The notes under the pieces: model-generated
Database searches by the model: none
What the model was told of the DNA's origin: nothing
What the model saw: the letters and a program-made list of their open reading frames with translations, nothing else
Translations under genes and position numbers: made by a program
Shown here: in pieces, positions 32,723 to 42,985 of the stretch
Numbering within the stretch: the first letter of the stretch is position 1
Layout of the letters: each line of letters begins with the position of its first letter
NCBI GenBank assembly: GCA_963727485.1
Contig: CAVSGM010000011.1
Location: forward strand, 384,001-448,000
Direction of reading: 5' to 3'
DNA: 64,000 nucleotides
From: an uncultured delta proteobacterium
Lineage (GTDB): Bacteria > Myxococcota > Myxococcia > SLRQ01

Positions 32723-35700
32723 GTGGCTGAGACCGGCGAAAGCGACACCCGGCGGCGCCGGTACCTGCACCGGGCGGGCCGGGTGGCCCTGGGGCTCCTG
32801 GGCCTCGGCGTGGCCCTGGTGGTCGTCGCCGGGGTCGGGGCGAGGCTCTACCTCACCGGCCCCCGGGCCCGGGACCTGGCCGTCTCCATCCTCGACCGCA
32901 CCCTCGCCGGTCGCTTCCACCTGGGCCGCTTCACCTGGGCGGGCTTCCCGGGCGCCGTGGTCCTGGACGACGTGGCCGTGGACGCCCCGGACGGCACCCG
33001 GGTGATCACCGCCGCGCGGGTGGCGGCGCGGATCGAGCTCACCGGTCTCCTCGGCCGGCAGGTCCACCTCACCCGGGTGTCGGTGACGGGCCTCGACGTC
33101 AACGCCGACACCGGCCCCCAGGGGATGGGCCTCGCCGCCGCCTTCGGGCCCAAGGCCCCGCGGGCGGCCAAACCGAAGCCCGCCGCCCCCGGGCGGTCGT
33201 GGACCGTGCGCCTCGACGACCTCGCGGCCACCGGGGTCCACTTCGCCCTGCACGCCAAGGACTACGCGGTGGAGGTCACCGGCGCCAGCGTGCACCAGGG
33301 GAGCCTGACCCTGGCGCTGCCCGCCGTGCGGAGCACCCTCGGCGAGGTGAAGGTGGACGCGGTGGACGTCACCTGGCACGGGCGGCCCCTCCGGATCACC
33401 GCCCTCCACCTCCTGGGGGGCCAGTACCGGCGCAGCGGCCCGCCGAAGCAGGGATCCTTCGCGGTGAGGTCCCTCACCGCCGCGATGGGCCGGTCCACGG
33501 TGCGCCTGGCGGGGACGGTGTCGGACCTGGTGAGGGGCCGGCCCTGGAAGCTCGGGCTCTCCGCCGACGCCCAGGTCGAGCTGGCGTCCAAGAGCCTCCA
33601 GGCCTTCGTCCCGAAGGCGGTGGTCCGCCGCCTCGATCCCTCCGGGCGCCTGGCGGTGAAGGCCACCCTCGGGGGCACCCTGGCCGCGCCGCTCATCCGG
33701 GGCGCGGTGAGCGGCACCGGCCTCCAGGTCGCGGGCCGGGCCCTCCAGTCCCTCGCCCTCGCCGGGACCCTCGAGGGTGGGGTGGTCACCGTGGACCGCC
33801 TGGACCTCGCCGCGGGCGGGGGCCGGCTCTCGGCGAGCGGCCGCCTCGGCCTCGCCGATCGCCGGCCCCCCTGGCGTCTGGCGGCGACCCTCTCGCACCT
33901 GCCCCTCCGCCGCCTCGCCTCGGCCTTCGTGGAACGCAGGTGGCTCCCCCGGTCGGTGAGCGGACGCCTCGCGGCGAAGGGCACCGGCCTCACCACGCCC
34001 CGGGGGACCGTCGAGGTCCACCTCACCGCCGCCGGACGTCCCGCCGGCCTGCCGGCACCGGTCCCCGACGCCCTCGCCCTCGACGCCCGCGCCCAGGTGA
34101 CCCGCGCCGCCGCCCACCTCACCGAGCTCCACCTCACCGGCGACGGGGTCGCCGTCGACGCCAGCGGCACCGTGCCCTTCACCCGGGGCGGCCAGATCAA
34201 TCTCACCGCGAGCCTCGACGACCCCCGTCCCCGGGTCCTCACCGGTTACCTCCACCTGCCCCTGCGCGCCGACCGCACCCGGCTCATCGCCACCGCCAGC
34301 GGCACCTTCGACGCGCCGGTGGTCCGGGGAAGCCTCACCGTCGACGCCCTCCGGGGGCCCCACGTCCCGCCGTTCACCGTCTCGGCGCCCTTCCGCCTCG
34401 AGGGCGGCGCCCTCCACCTCACCGGGGCGCTGGCCAGCGGCGCCGGGGGCCAGGTCTCGGTGGACGGGCGGCTGGCGGTGATGGCCCCGGCCCGTGCCCC
34501 CGGGGGCTCGCCGGCGGTCGCCGCGCGCCTCCACGTCGACGGCGTCTCCCTGGCGCCCTTCACCCGGCGCCGGGTCCAGGGCCGGGCCTGGGCGGACCTG
34601 ACGGTGACGGGCACCCTCGCGGCGCCCCTGGGCGGCGGCCAGGCCCGGGTCGAGGGCCTGAAGGTCGGCGGCGAGCCCTTCTCCCAGGCCCGCGCCACCC
34701 TCGCCCTCGACGGGCGCACCGTCGCCGTGAAGGACCTGTCCCTGGTCTCGGCGACCGCCGGGCGCGTCACCGGGACGGCCACCCTCGCCCTGGCCAACCG
34801 GCACCTGGTGGCCCACCTCACCGGCCACGACGTCGATCTCGCGCGCGTCCTCGCCGCCGCCGGGGTCGAGACCCCCGTCGCCGGGGTGGTGCAGGTGGAG
34901 GCCTGGGCCACCGGCGAGGTCACCGACCCCCTGGTCCAGGCGGCGGTGCAGGCCAAGGGCCTCTCGCTGCGGAAGACGCCGCTGGGGGACCTGGTGGCGT
35001 GGATCCGGGGCACCCTGGCGTCGCTCCAGGTGAACGCCACCCTCGACGGGCCCCCCGGGCACCTCGACGTCGACGGGCTCTACAGCGTCCGCGAGGAGAC
35101 CCTGGACCTGCACCTCGGCGGCGAGGAGCTCTCCCTGGGCGCCCTGCCGGGCCTCGCCCCCACCGCGGCCGAGGCCCTCCCCAGCGTCGACGGCCGCGCC
35201 GGGGTGGACGTGGAGCTCAAGGGGGCCCTGCCGCTCCCCGCGGCCACCGGCGAGGTGACCGTCACCGGCCTCGTGCTCCGGGGCCGACCGATCCCCGGGG
35301 GCACCGCGCACCTCACCCTCTCTCCCGAGCCCGACGGCGCCGGGATCCACGTCGTGGTCTCGGCCCTCGGGGCGCTCACGGGCACCGCCGATCTCCGCCC
35401 GGGTCCCCCGCTGACGGTCACCGCCGAGGCGACCCTCGAGGGCCTGGAGGTGGCCCGGCTCGTCCCCTCGCTGTCGGAGTTCCACGCCGGGCTGGTGACC
35501 TCGGGGACCGGGTCCTTCCGGTGGGTGCAGGGGCAGGCGGGCGGGACCTCGGCGAAGGTGCGCCTCACCCGCCTCGACGCCAACCTCCCCGACGGCACCC
35601 TCTCGGCCGCGCAGCCGGTGATCGCCGACTGGGACGGGCGGACCTTCACCCTCGAGCAGCTGGTCCTCGCCGGGCCGAAGGGCCGGTTCACCGCCCAGGG

Positions 35701-37099
35701 GAAGGTCGGACGCACGGTGCTCCAGGCCACCGCCAAGGGCCGCCTGGAGACGGCGCTGGCCGCGCCCTTCGTCTCCGCCATCGCCCGGGCCACCGGGCCC
35801 CTGGACGTGGACCTGACGGCCTCGGGGACCCCGCGCCATCCCATCCTCCAGGGCACCGTCGACCTCCCGGCGACGGTGCAAATCCGGCCCCGGGCCGGGG
35901 TCCGGGAGGTGAAGCTCACCAGCGGACGCATCGCCTTCTCGCCGGGGCAGGTGCGCTTGGAGAAGCTCACCGGCGAGATCGAGACCGGCCAGTTCACCGC
36001 CGACGGCCAGGTGGCCCTCGACGGCCTGGAGCCCGGCCACTACCACCTCACGGTCAACGGCCAGAACCTGCCCCTGCGCGCCTCGGATCTGGTGCTCGAG
36101 GCCAACACCAATCTCACCCTCGACGGCAAGGGCCTGGCGGCGTCGGTGACCGGCCGGGTGGACGTGGTCCGGGGCCGGTACCTGCGCAAGTTCGAGCTGA
36201 AGAACTTCATCTTCGTGGCCCGGCCCACCACCGTGGCCGAGCCCCTGGCGCGGCGCTACCCCTGGCTCAACGACATCACCCTCGGGGTCCAGGCCACCAG
36301 CACCGGGGGGATGGAGGTGAAGGTCGACGCCGGGGCGTTCGCCACCGATCTCACCCTCGACAGCGACCTCCAAATCACCGGCACCGCCGCCGACCCGGTG
36401 ATCGAGGGCCGGGTCTCCGCGGACCACGGCAACATCACCTTCCCCAAGGCCAAGCTCGACGTGGTCCGGGCGGTGGTCGAGTTCAACCCCACCGCCGGCG
36501 CCGGGGTGCACCCGGAGGTCGACCTCCGGGCCGAGGGCGAGGTGAACCCGCCGCCCACCGGCTCGGACATGGTCCAGGTCACCCACTACGTGACCTTGAC
36601 CCTCCAGGGGAACCTGGATCAGATGGTCCTCGACCTGTCCTCGGATCCGGCCCTCGACAAGCTCGAGGTCCTCTCCCTGCTCATCACCGGCCGGGTGAAC
36701 CCCATCACCCCGGGGGCCTCGGGGAACACCAGCGAGGCCGACGCGGCCCTGGCCTTCGCCGGCTCCCAGCTCGCCCAGCCCCTCACCCAGTTCGTCACCG
36801 CCCAGCTCGAGAAGACCCTGAACCTCCGCCTCCAGCTCGGCGCCGAGGTGACCACCCAGGCCATCACCGTCACCGCGGGCCAGGCCATCACCCGGCGACT
36901 GCGCCTCGAGGGCGCCTACCAGCAGAGCCTGGGCGAGGCCCAGACGGTGGCGGTGGCCCGGGCGCGCTTCCTCCTCTCGGACCGGATCTTCCTCGAGGGC
37001 TCCACCGAGTCGGTCTCCGGCGCGGGCACCACCGCCTCGGCGCTCCAGGAGGGGACCCGGAGCCGCCTCGAGCTCAAGCTGCGGATCTTCGGAAACTAG
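32723..37099 (+). CDS. tamB: TamB/AsmA-like (DUF490) protein, copy 2
   Basis: N-terminal TM after a basic patch, repetitive beta-strand motifs (GGTLAAPLIRG, GTPRHPILQG, GTAADPVIEG), C-terminal LSSDPALDKLEVLSLLITG. Confidence 0.8.
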   Translation: MAETGESDTRRRRYLHRAGRVALGLLGLGVALVVVAGVGARLYLTGPRARDLAVSILDRTLAGRFHLGRFTWAGFPGAVVLDDVAVDAPDGTRVITAARVAARIELTGLLGRQVHLTRVSVTGLDVNADTGPQGMGLAAAFGPKAPRAAKPKPAAPGRSWTVRLDDLAATGVHFALHAKDYAVEVTGASVHQGSLTLALPAVRSTLGEVKVDAVDVTWHGRPLRITALHLLGGQYRRSGPPKQGSFAVRSLTAAMGRSTVRLAGTVSDLVRGRPWKLGLSADAQVELASKSLQAFVPKAVVRRLDPSGRLAVKATLGGTLAAPLIRGAVSGTGLQVAGRALQSLALAGTLEGGVVTVDRLDLAAGGGRLSASGRLGLADRRPPWRLAATLSHLPLRRLASAFVERRWLPRSVSGRLAAKGTGLTTPRGTVEVHLTAAGRPAGLPAPVPDALALDARAQVTRAAAHLTELHLTGDGVAVDASGTVPFTRGGQINLTASLDDPRPRVLTGYLHLPLRADRTRLIATASGTFDAPVVRGSLTVDALRGPHVPPFTVSAPFRLEGGALHLTGALASGAGGQVSVDGRLAVMAPARAPGGSPAVAARLHVDGVSLAPFTRRRVQGRAWADLTVTGTLAAPLGGGQARVEGLKVGGEPFSQARATLALDGRTVAVKDLSLVSATAGRVTGTATLALANRHLVAHLTGHDVDLARVLAAAGVETPVAGVVQVEAWATGEVTDPLVQAAVQAKGLSLRKTPLGDLVAWIRGTLASLQVNATLDGPPGHLDVDGLYSVREETLDLHLGGEELSLGALPGLAPTAAEALPSVDGRAGVDVELKGALPLPAATGEVTVTGLVLRGRPIPGGTAHLTLSPEPDGAGIHVVVSALGALTGTADLRPGPPLTVTAEATLEGLEVARLVPSLSEFHAGLVTSGTGSFRWVQGQAGGTSAKVRLTRLDANLPDGTLSAAQPVIADWDGRTFTLEQLVLAGPKGRFTAQGKVGRTVLQATAKGRLETALAAPFVSAIARATGPLDVDLTASGTPRHPILQGTVDLPATVQIRPRAGVREVKLTSGRIAFSPGQVRLEKLTGEIETGQFTADGQVALDGLEPGHYHLTVNGQNLPLRASDLVLEANTNLTLDGKGLAASVTGRVDVVRGRYLRKFELKNFIFVARPTTVAEPLARRYPWLNDITLGVQATSTGGMEVKVDAGAFATDLTLDSDLQITGTAADPVIEGRVSADHGNITFPKAKLDVVRAVVEFNPTAGAGVHPEVDLRAEGEVNPPPTGSDMVQVTHYVTLTLQGNLDQMVLDLSSDPALDKLEVLSLLITGRVNPITPGASGNTSEADAALAFAGSQLAQPLTQFVTAQLEKTLNLRLQLGAEVTTQAITVTAGQAITRRLRLEGAYQQSLGEAQTVAVARARFLLSDRIFLEGSTESVSGAGTTASALQEGTRSRLELKLRIFGN

Positions 37100-37103
37100 A
37101 GCC

Positions 37104-40067
37104 ATGCGCGTCCCGGTCCTCGCCCTCGTCCTCGCCCTCGCCCTCCCGGGGGTGGCGCGCGCCCAGGCGGCCGCGAAGGGCGCCCGAGACCCGGGGGCGG
37201 CGCCCTCGAGCCGCTGCGAGCGGGTGACCCTCCAGGGCGTCACCGTGACCCTCACCCTCGACGGCCTGAAGTGGGGCGGGTGGAACCGGCTCTGCGACAC
37301 CCTGGTGCGCTTCCTGCGCCCCGGCGCGGTGCCCCTGCCCGCGAACGCCACCAAGGTCGCCGAGCGCCTCCTCGGCGAGACCGGCTACTTCGCCACCGAG
37401 GACTGCCAATCGGCCGCCACCTCGCTCACCTGCCGCCTCACCCCCCAGCGGATGGTCTACGACGTCGACATCACCGGCGACGTCCCCTTCTCCATCCTCA
37501 AGGACGACCTGCGCCGGCGCATCTTCCTCCGCCCCGGCTCCCTGCTCACCGACGAGGCCGCGACCCTGGCGCGCCAGCGCAAGCGCCTCGAGGACTACCT
37601 GCGCCGCCAGGGCTACTTCGGGTCCGTGGTCCACCTCGCCGCCCTCGACGTGGACGAGGCCGAGCCCAACCAGGGGGTGCGCCTGGTGGCGGCGGTGCGC
37701 CCCGGGCGGACGGTGTCGCTCCGGCACCTGGACCTCCGGGGCCGCCTCCCGCCGAAGTTCACGGAGAAGGACGTGCGGGCGGTGTTCACCCACTTCCTCT
37801 TCCTCAAGTGGGGGCGCCAGCGCTTCCAGCCCGCCCAGTTCGACGACGACCTCCAGGCCCTCACCCGGCGCCTCCAGGCGCTCGGCTACCCCGAGGCCCA
37901 GGCCACCGGGAAGTGGAACCTCGACCTCGCCCACCACCAGGCCGACGTGGTGCTCCGGATCGAGACCGGTCCCAAGCTGGTGCTGCGCTTCGAGGGCAAC
38001 ACCCACCTCAAGAGCGCGGCCCTGAAGAAGCTCGCCTCCTTCGACGAGGTGGGGGTCATCGACCCGGTGGAGATCGCCAGCACCGCCAAGGCCGTCGTGA
38101 CCCGCTACCAGCAGGACGGCTACTACGCGGTGAAGGTCGACACCCGGAGCGAGACCCCCTCGGAGAACGTCTTCGACCTCACCTACGTGATCCACGAGGG
38201 GCCCCGGGCCTCGGTGGGCAAGGTGGTCTTCCAGGGCAACCAGGCCATCCCCACCGCCACCCTCCGGCGGAGCGTCAGCCTTCACACCCGGGCGGACGCC
38301 TTCCTGGTCACCGGTCGGTGGGTCGACGCGGCGGCGGTGGCGGACAGCCGGGCGATCCAGGCCTACTACCTGACTCAGGGCTACGGCGACGCCAAGGTCG
38401 AGGCCACGCGCACGGTGCTCGGCGAGGGGCGCCTGGAGGCGGTGTTCCACATCGAGGAGGGCCCCCGCCGGGTGGTCTCGAGCCTCACGGTCACGGGGCT
38501 GCCCAAGGCGCTGAAGGAGAAGGCGCTCCTGGCGAAGCTGCGGCTGAAGGCCCGCGGGCCCTTCATCGAGGACGACGTGGCCGCGGACCGCCGGCGGATC
38601 CTCGCGCTCCTCGCCGGCGCCGGGTACTCGCGGTCCGAGGTCCATCAGACGGTGGAGGCGCCCCCGGCGGCGAAGGGCGGGCCGGTGAAGGTGGTGTTCA
38701 CCGTGACCCCCGGGCCCCAGTCGATCTTCGGCGGGGCGCTGCTCCGGGGGAACTTTCGCACCGTGGGCAGCCTGCTGCACAACGAGCTCTCCCTGGAGCC
38801 CGGCGACGCCCTCAACCTCGTGGCCCTCGGCCAGGCGCGCCGGCGCCTGCGCAACCTCGGGCCCTTCGCCTCGGTGGAGCTCAAGCCCCTCGACCTGTGG
38901 CGGGGCGACGCCCAGACCTGGCTGCTGGTGGCCCTCCAGGAGCGCGACGTCACCGCCCTCGACGGGGTGCTCTCCTTCAGCACCGATCAGGGCTTCGCGG
39001 TGGGCTTCGACTACCACGACCGGGACTTCCTCGGCCGGGCCATCCGCCTCGACCTCCAGCTGCGCACCGGGGCCTTCGGGGGCTTCGACCCGGCGGTGCG
39101 CATCGGCAACGCCGACTCCCTGAACGCGACCCTCTCGGCGCCCCGCCCCCTGGGCGCGCCCTTCGACCTCCAGGCCACCGCCTTCTATCGCTACCAGGAC
39201 CTGTCGCGGTACACCGAGCGGCGGGTGGGCATCACCGCCGGCGCCGTGCGCCGGTTCCTCCGGCGCAGCGCCTGCCCCATCTGTCCGGACGCCACCGGCA
39301 CCTTCCGCTACGAGGTCAGCGCCGGGGAGCTCGACGACCACACCCGGCGCTTCGTCGCCTTCGACCACTCCTACGGGGTGCCGGCGGCGAACATCGGCCG
39401 GCTGGTCCCGGGCCTCCACCTCGACCGCCGGGACTCCTTCGTCGATCCCCGCCACGGCTACGCCGCCGACCTGCGCTTCGAGTTCGCCGACACCGCGCTC
39501 TCGCCCATCGGCAAGGGGGCCAGCTTCTGGCGGATCGTCGCCTCGGGGCAGGGCTACGTCGACCTCGGCGCGCCCTTCGCCCGGCGCCTCAACGAGGCGG
39601 GGATGACCCTCGGGGGACCGGTGGTGCTCGCCACCGGGCTCTCCTACGGCGCCGCCCGGCCCTTCGGCGGCGACCGGGCGCTGCCCGAGAGCGAGTCCTT
39701 CTACTACGGCGGCGACTTCAGCGTCCGGGGCATCGCCGACCGGGCGTCGCTCGCCGCCTTCCCCGGGGCCCAGTACCTCTTCGTGGGCAGCCTCGAGGCC
39801 CGCTGGTACTTCCTCCAGAACTTCTACTTCGGGAGCTGGCAGCTCGCCCTCTTCGCCAATCTGGGGACCGTCGCCTACAACTTCCCCGAGCTCTTCCAGT
39901 CGTCGACCTTGAGCCTCGGGGTGTCCCTGCGCTTCGTCACCCCCGTGGGCCCCATCGCCGTGAGCTGGGCCGACTCGGTGATCCGGCCCGAGGCGATCCT
40001 CCTCCAGTCGCCCCAGTCCCTGCCGGTGGCCGGTCGGATCCACGTGACCTTCGGCTACCCGTTCTAG
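37104..40067 (+). CDS. Omp85 (BamA/TamA-family) protein with POTRA domains, copy 2
   Basis: Signal peptide; YLRRQGYF, YQQDGYY, YLTQGY, IHEGP; FYYGGDFSVRG; LRFVTPVGPIAVSWA; terminal FGYPF. Confidence 0.85.
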   Translation: MRVPVLALVLALALPGVARAQAAAKGARDPGAAPSSRCERVTLQGVTVTLTLDGLKWGGWNRLCDTLVRFLRPGAVPLPANATKVAERLLGETGYFATEDCQSAATSLTCRLTPQRMVYDVDITGDVPFSILKDDLRRRIFLRPGSLLTDEAATLARQRKRLEDYLRRQGYFGSVVHLAALDVDEAEPNQGVRLVAAVRPGRTVSLRHLDLRGRLPPKFTEKDVRAVFTHFLFLKWGRQRFQPAQFDDDLQALTRRLQALGYPEAQATGKWNLDLAHHQADVVLRIETGPKLVLRFEGNTHLKSAALKKLASFDEVGVIDPVEIASTAKAVVTRYQQDGYYAVKVDTRSETPSENVFDLTYVIHEGPRASVGKVVFQGNQAIPTATLRRSVSLHTRADAFLVTGRWVDAAAVADSRAIQAYYLTQGYGDAKVEATRTVLGEGRLEAVFHIEEGPRRVVSSLTVTGLPKALKEKALLAKLRLKARGPFIEDDVAADRRRILALLAGAGYSRSEVHQTVEAPPAAKGGPVKVVFTVTPGPQSIFGGALLRGNFRTVGSLLHNELSLEPGDALNLVALGQARRRLRNLGPFASVELKPLDLWRGDAQTWLLVALQERDVTALDGVLSFSTDQGFAVGFDYHDRDFLGRAIRLDLQLRTGAFGGFDPAVRIGNADSLNATLSAPRPLGAPFDLQATAFYRYQDLSRYTERRVGITAGAVRRFLRRSACPICPDATGTFRYEVSAGELDDHTRRFVAFDHSYGVPAANIGRLVPGLHLDRRDSFVDPRHGYAADLRFEFADTALSPIGKGASFWRIVASGQGYVDLGAPFARRLNEAGMTLGGPVVLATGLSYGAARPFGGDRALPESESFYYGGDFSVRGIADRASLAAFPGAQYLFVGSLEARWYFLQNFYFGSWQLALFANLGTVAYNFPELFQSSTLSLGVSLRFVTPVGPIAVSWADSVIRPEAILLQSPQSLPVAGRIHVTFGYPF

Positions 40068-40153
40068 GGGACGCTCCGGGGGCCGCCCGGCGCCGACGGA
40101 GGGCTTTTCCGGGGCAGTCAGGGGCGGGCAATCCGTGGTTCAATGGGCGGACC

Positions 40154-42016
40154 ATGGCTCGCCGCGTCCTCGTCCTCTCGGCGCTCGTCCCCCTCGTCCT
40201 CGGCGGCGGGTGCGCCGCCCACGCCGCCTCCGCCGGGGCGCCGGTGGACCGGGCGGCCATCGCCGAGGCGGTCGCCGCCTCCAAGACCCCGCCGATCCCC
40301 TACGCCTCCGCCGGGGCCTACCACCACTACATCCTCGGGCTCCTCGCCGCCCGGGCCGGAGACGACGCCCGGGCCGAGACCGAGCTCACCGAGGCCCGGC
40401 TCGAGGACCCCTCGGCCACCGCGGTGGCGGTCCGCCTCGCCCGGACCCAGTGGGCGCTCGGGCGCCACGCCCAGGCCCGCAGGACCCTCAAGGCCGCCCT
40501 GGCCCACGACCCGGACTACGCCGAGGGCCAGCGCCTCCTCGGGCGCTTCGCCGCCCGGGACGGCCAGGTGGGCACCGCCACCGCCGCCCTCGAGCGCGCC
40601 ATCACCCTCGACCCCGGCGACCCGCGTCCCTACCAGGACCTCGCGGGCCTCGACCTCGAGCAGGGGCACCTGAAGGCCGCCCGGAAGGTCCTCCGGCGCC
40701 TCGGCCACCTGAAGCCCGGCGACGGCCGGCCCTGGGTCTCCCTGGGCGACGCCTTCCGGGCCCGGGGCGAGGACCCGGACGCCGAGGACGCCTACCGCTA
40801 CGCCCTCCGGGAGAACGGCTCGGACCCGGTGGCCTGGGAGCACCTGGGCGACGTCTGCGAGGCCCTGGGGAGGCACGCCTGCGCCATCGAGGCGTTCCAC
40901 TCGGTCCTGGAGCTCATCCCCGATCGCCCCGAGGTGCGGGTGCGCCTGGCCCGGGCCCTGGGGGCGACCGGCGACGCCCGGGGCGCCCGGGCCCAGGAGC
41001 GACAGGCCATCAAGCTCGCCCCCGACAGTGGCCTCGTCCGCGTCGAGTGCGCCCTGGCCGACTACGGCCGCGGGGAGGTGGCGCTGGCCCTCTCGCGCCT
41101 CGACGCCGCGGTGGCCCTCGACCCGGGCCTCGCCCGGGCCCGGTTCTACCGGGGCTTCATCCTCGAGCACCAGGGCCGGGACGCCGACGCCGAGGCCGCC
41201 TACCGCAGCCTCGCCCCCGGCGACACCGACTACGCCCGGGCGCGCCTGCGCCTCGGCGAGCTCCTCGACCGCCAGGGCCACCCCGCCGCGGCGGTGGAGA
41301 TCCTCCGGCCGCTGACCGGTGACAGCGACCTCGACCCGGGGGATCTCCAGGGCGCCCTCGCCGAGGCCGAGCGCCACGCGGGCCACCTCGCCGCGGCCTT
41401 CGCGGACCTCGACGCCGCCCGGAAGGCCCACCCCGGTGACCCGGGCCTGGTCGAGGCCGAGGCGGCGCTCCACGAGGAGACGGGGCACCCCGAGGCGGGC
41501 GTGGCCCTGCTCCAGCAGGCCCTCGGCACCCGCCCCCGGGACATCCGCCTCCTCTACGACCTCGGCGCCCTCCTCGAGCGCAGCGGCCACCCCCGGCAGG
41601 CCCAGGACGCGATGCAGCGGATCCTGGCGATCAAGCCCGACGACGTCGCCGCCCTCAACTTCATCGGCTACGCCCTCGCCGAGACGGGCACCCACCTCGA
41701 CGAGGCCGAGCGCCTGATCCGCCGGGCCCTGAAGGTCGATCCCCACGACGGCCTGGTGGTCGACTCCCTGGGCTACGTGCTCCTCCGGAGCGGCCAGGTG
41801 AAGGCGGCGCTGGCCACCTTCGAGGAGGCCGACCGCCTCACGCCCGGCGAGCCGGTGATCCTCGAGCACCTCGGCGACGCCTACGCCCGCCAGGGGGCGC
41901 GTCGCCAGGCCGACCGCCTCTACCGGAAGGCCCTCCACGCCCTGGGGACCAGCCCCGACCCCGAGGTCCGGGCCACGGTCCTCCAGAAGCTCGGGGCCCT
42001 GCGCAGCGCCCGGTAG
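40154..42016 (+). CDS. TPR-repeat lipoprotein
   Basis: Lipobox LGGG-C; AYHHYI; many TPRs; C-terminal ALNFIGYALAE..DSLGYV..ILEHLGDAY. Confidence 0.85.
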   Translation: MARRVLVLSALVPLVLGGGCAAHAASAGAPVDRAAIAEAVAASKTPPIPYASAGAYHHYILGLLAARAGDDARAETELTEARLEDPSATAVAVRLARTQWALGRHAQARRTLKAALAHDPDYAEGQRLLGRFAARDGQVGTATAALERAITLDPGDPRPYQDLAGLDLEQGHLKAARKVLRRLGHLKPGDGRPWVSLGDAFRARGEDPDAEDAYRYALRENGSDPVAWEHLGDVCEALGRHACAIEAFHSVLELIPDRPEVRVRLARALGATGDARGARAQERQAIKLAPDSGLVRVECALADYGRGEVALALSRLDAAVALDPGLARARFYRGFILEHQGRDADAEAAYRSLAPGDTDYARARLRLGELLDRQGHPAAAVEILRPLTGDSDLDPGDLQGALAEAERHAGHLAAAFADLDAARKAHPGDPGLVEAEAALHEETGHPEAGVALLQQALGTRPRDIRLLYDLGALLERSGHPRQAQDAMQRILAIKPDDVAALNFIGYALAETGTHLDEAERLIRRALKVDPHDGLVVDSLGYVLLRSGQVKAALATFEEADRLTPGEPVILEHLGDAYARQGARRQADRLYRKALHALGTSPDPEVRATVLQKLGALRSAR

Positions 42017-42077
42017 GGGCGCCCTCCCCGGGGCGCGCCCGGCGCCGGACCCGGGGCCGAGGGGGGCATCGGTTGCC

Positions 42078-42107
42078 TTGACGGCCTCGGCAGGCGCCCC
42101 CTATCTT
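42078..42107 (+). promoter_or_regulatory. Putative sigma70 promoter for the agmH-like gene (very short leader)
   Basis: TTGACG, 18-bp spacer, TATCTT; ATG 11 nt after the -10 box, no SD. Confidence 0.55.
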
Positions 42108-42118
42108 CGCCCGATCCC

Positions 42119-42982
42119 ATGACGAATCCAGCGACCCCCGGCGCCGCCCCCGCCTCCGACGAGGGCTTCCTCGAGTCCTTCGACGGGACCCGGCTCTTCC
42201 ACCGCCACCAGGTCCCCGAGGGCGCCCGGGCCCAGGTCCTCTTCGTCCACGGCTACGGCGACCACCTCGGCCGCTACCCCCACGTCTTCGAGCACCTCAA
42301 CGCCGCGGGCTACGGGGTCCATGCCTTCGACTACCGGGGCCACGGGCGCTCCGAGGGGCGCCGGGGCCACGTGGGCCGGTTCCCCGACTACGTCGGCGAC
42401 CTCAACGCCTTCCTCGAGGTGGTGCGCCCCCGGGTCCCCGAGGGCCAAAAGCTCCTCCTGGTCGCCCACAGCAACGGATGCCTCATCACCGCCCGGTGGA
42501 TCCTCGAGGGGCAGGACGCGGTGAGCGCGGTGGCCATGAGCGGCCCGTTCCTCAAGCTCGGCTTCGAGCCCCCCAAGGCCAAGATCTTCGCCTCGGTGCT
42601 CATCGGCAAGGTCATCCCCCACCTGTCGGTGAAGAACGAGCTCTCCCCGGAGATGCTCACCCACAATCCCGACTTCCAGAAGCAGACCGCCGAGGACCCC
42701 CTCTACAACCAGGTCACCACGCCCCGGTGGTTCACCGAGACCCTCGCCGCCCAGGAGGAGGTCCGGCGCCGGGCCTCGGAGATCACGGTGCCGCTTCTGG
42801 TGATGCAGGGCCTCGAGGACACGGTGGTCTCCCCGGAGGCGAGCCGGGCGTTCTTCGACGCGGTCACCTCCCCCGACAAGAGCTGGGAGGGCTTCGAGGG
42901 GATGCGCCACGAGCTCTACATGGAGACCGGGCGTGCGGCCCCCCTGGCGCGGCTCACCGCCTGGCTCGACGAGCACGCGTAG
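42119..42982 (+). CDS. agmH: Alpha/beta hydrolase, lysophospholipase/monoglyceride lipase (AgmH-like)
   Basis: VHGYGDHLGRY, FDYRGHGRSEG, nucleophile AHSNG, EDPL..TPRWF, GMRHE; resembles M. xanthus AgmH as recalled. Confidence 0.75.
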   Translation: MTNPATPGAAPASDEGFLESFDGTRLFHRHQVPEGARAQVLFVHGYGDHLGRYPHVFEHLNAAGYGVHAFDYRGHGRSEGRRGHVGRFPDYVGDLNAFLEVVRPRVPEGQKLLLVAHSNGCLITARWILEGQDAVSAVAMSGPFLKLGFEPPKAKIFASVLIGKVIPHLSVKNELSPEMLTHNPDFQKQTAEDPLYNQVTTPRWFTETLAAQEEVRRRASEITVPLLVMQGLEDTVVSPEASRAFFDAVTSPDKSWEGFEGMRHELYMETGRAAPLARLTAWLDEHA

Positions 42983-42985
42983 TCG

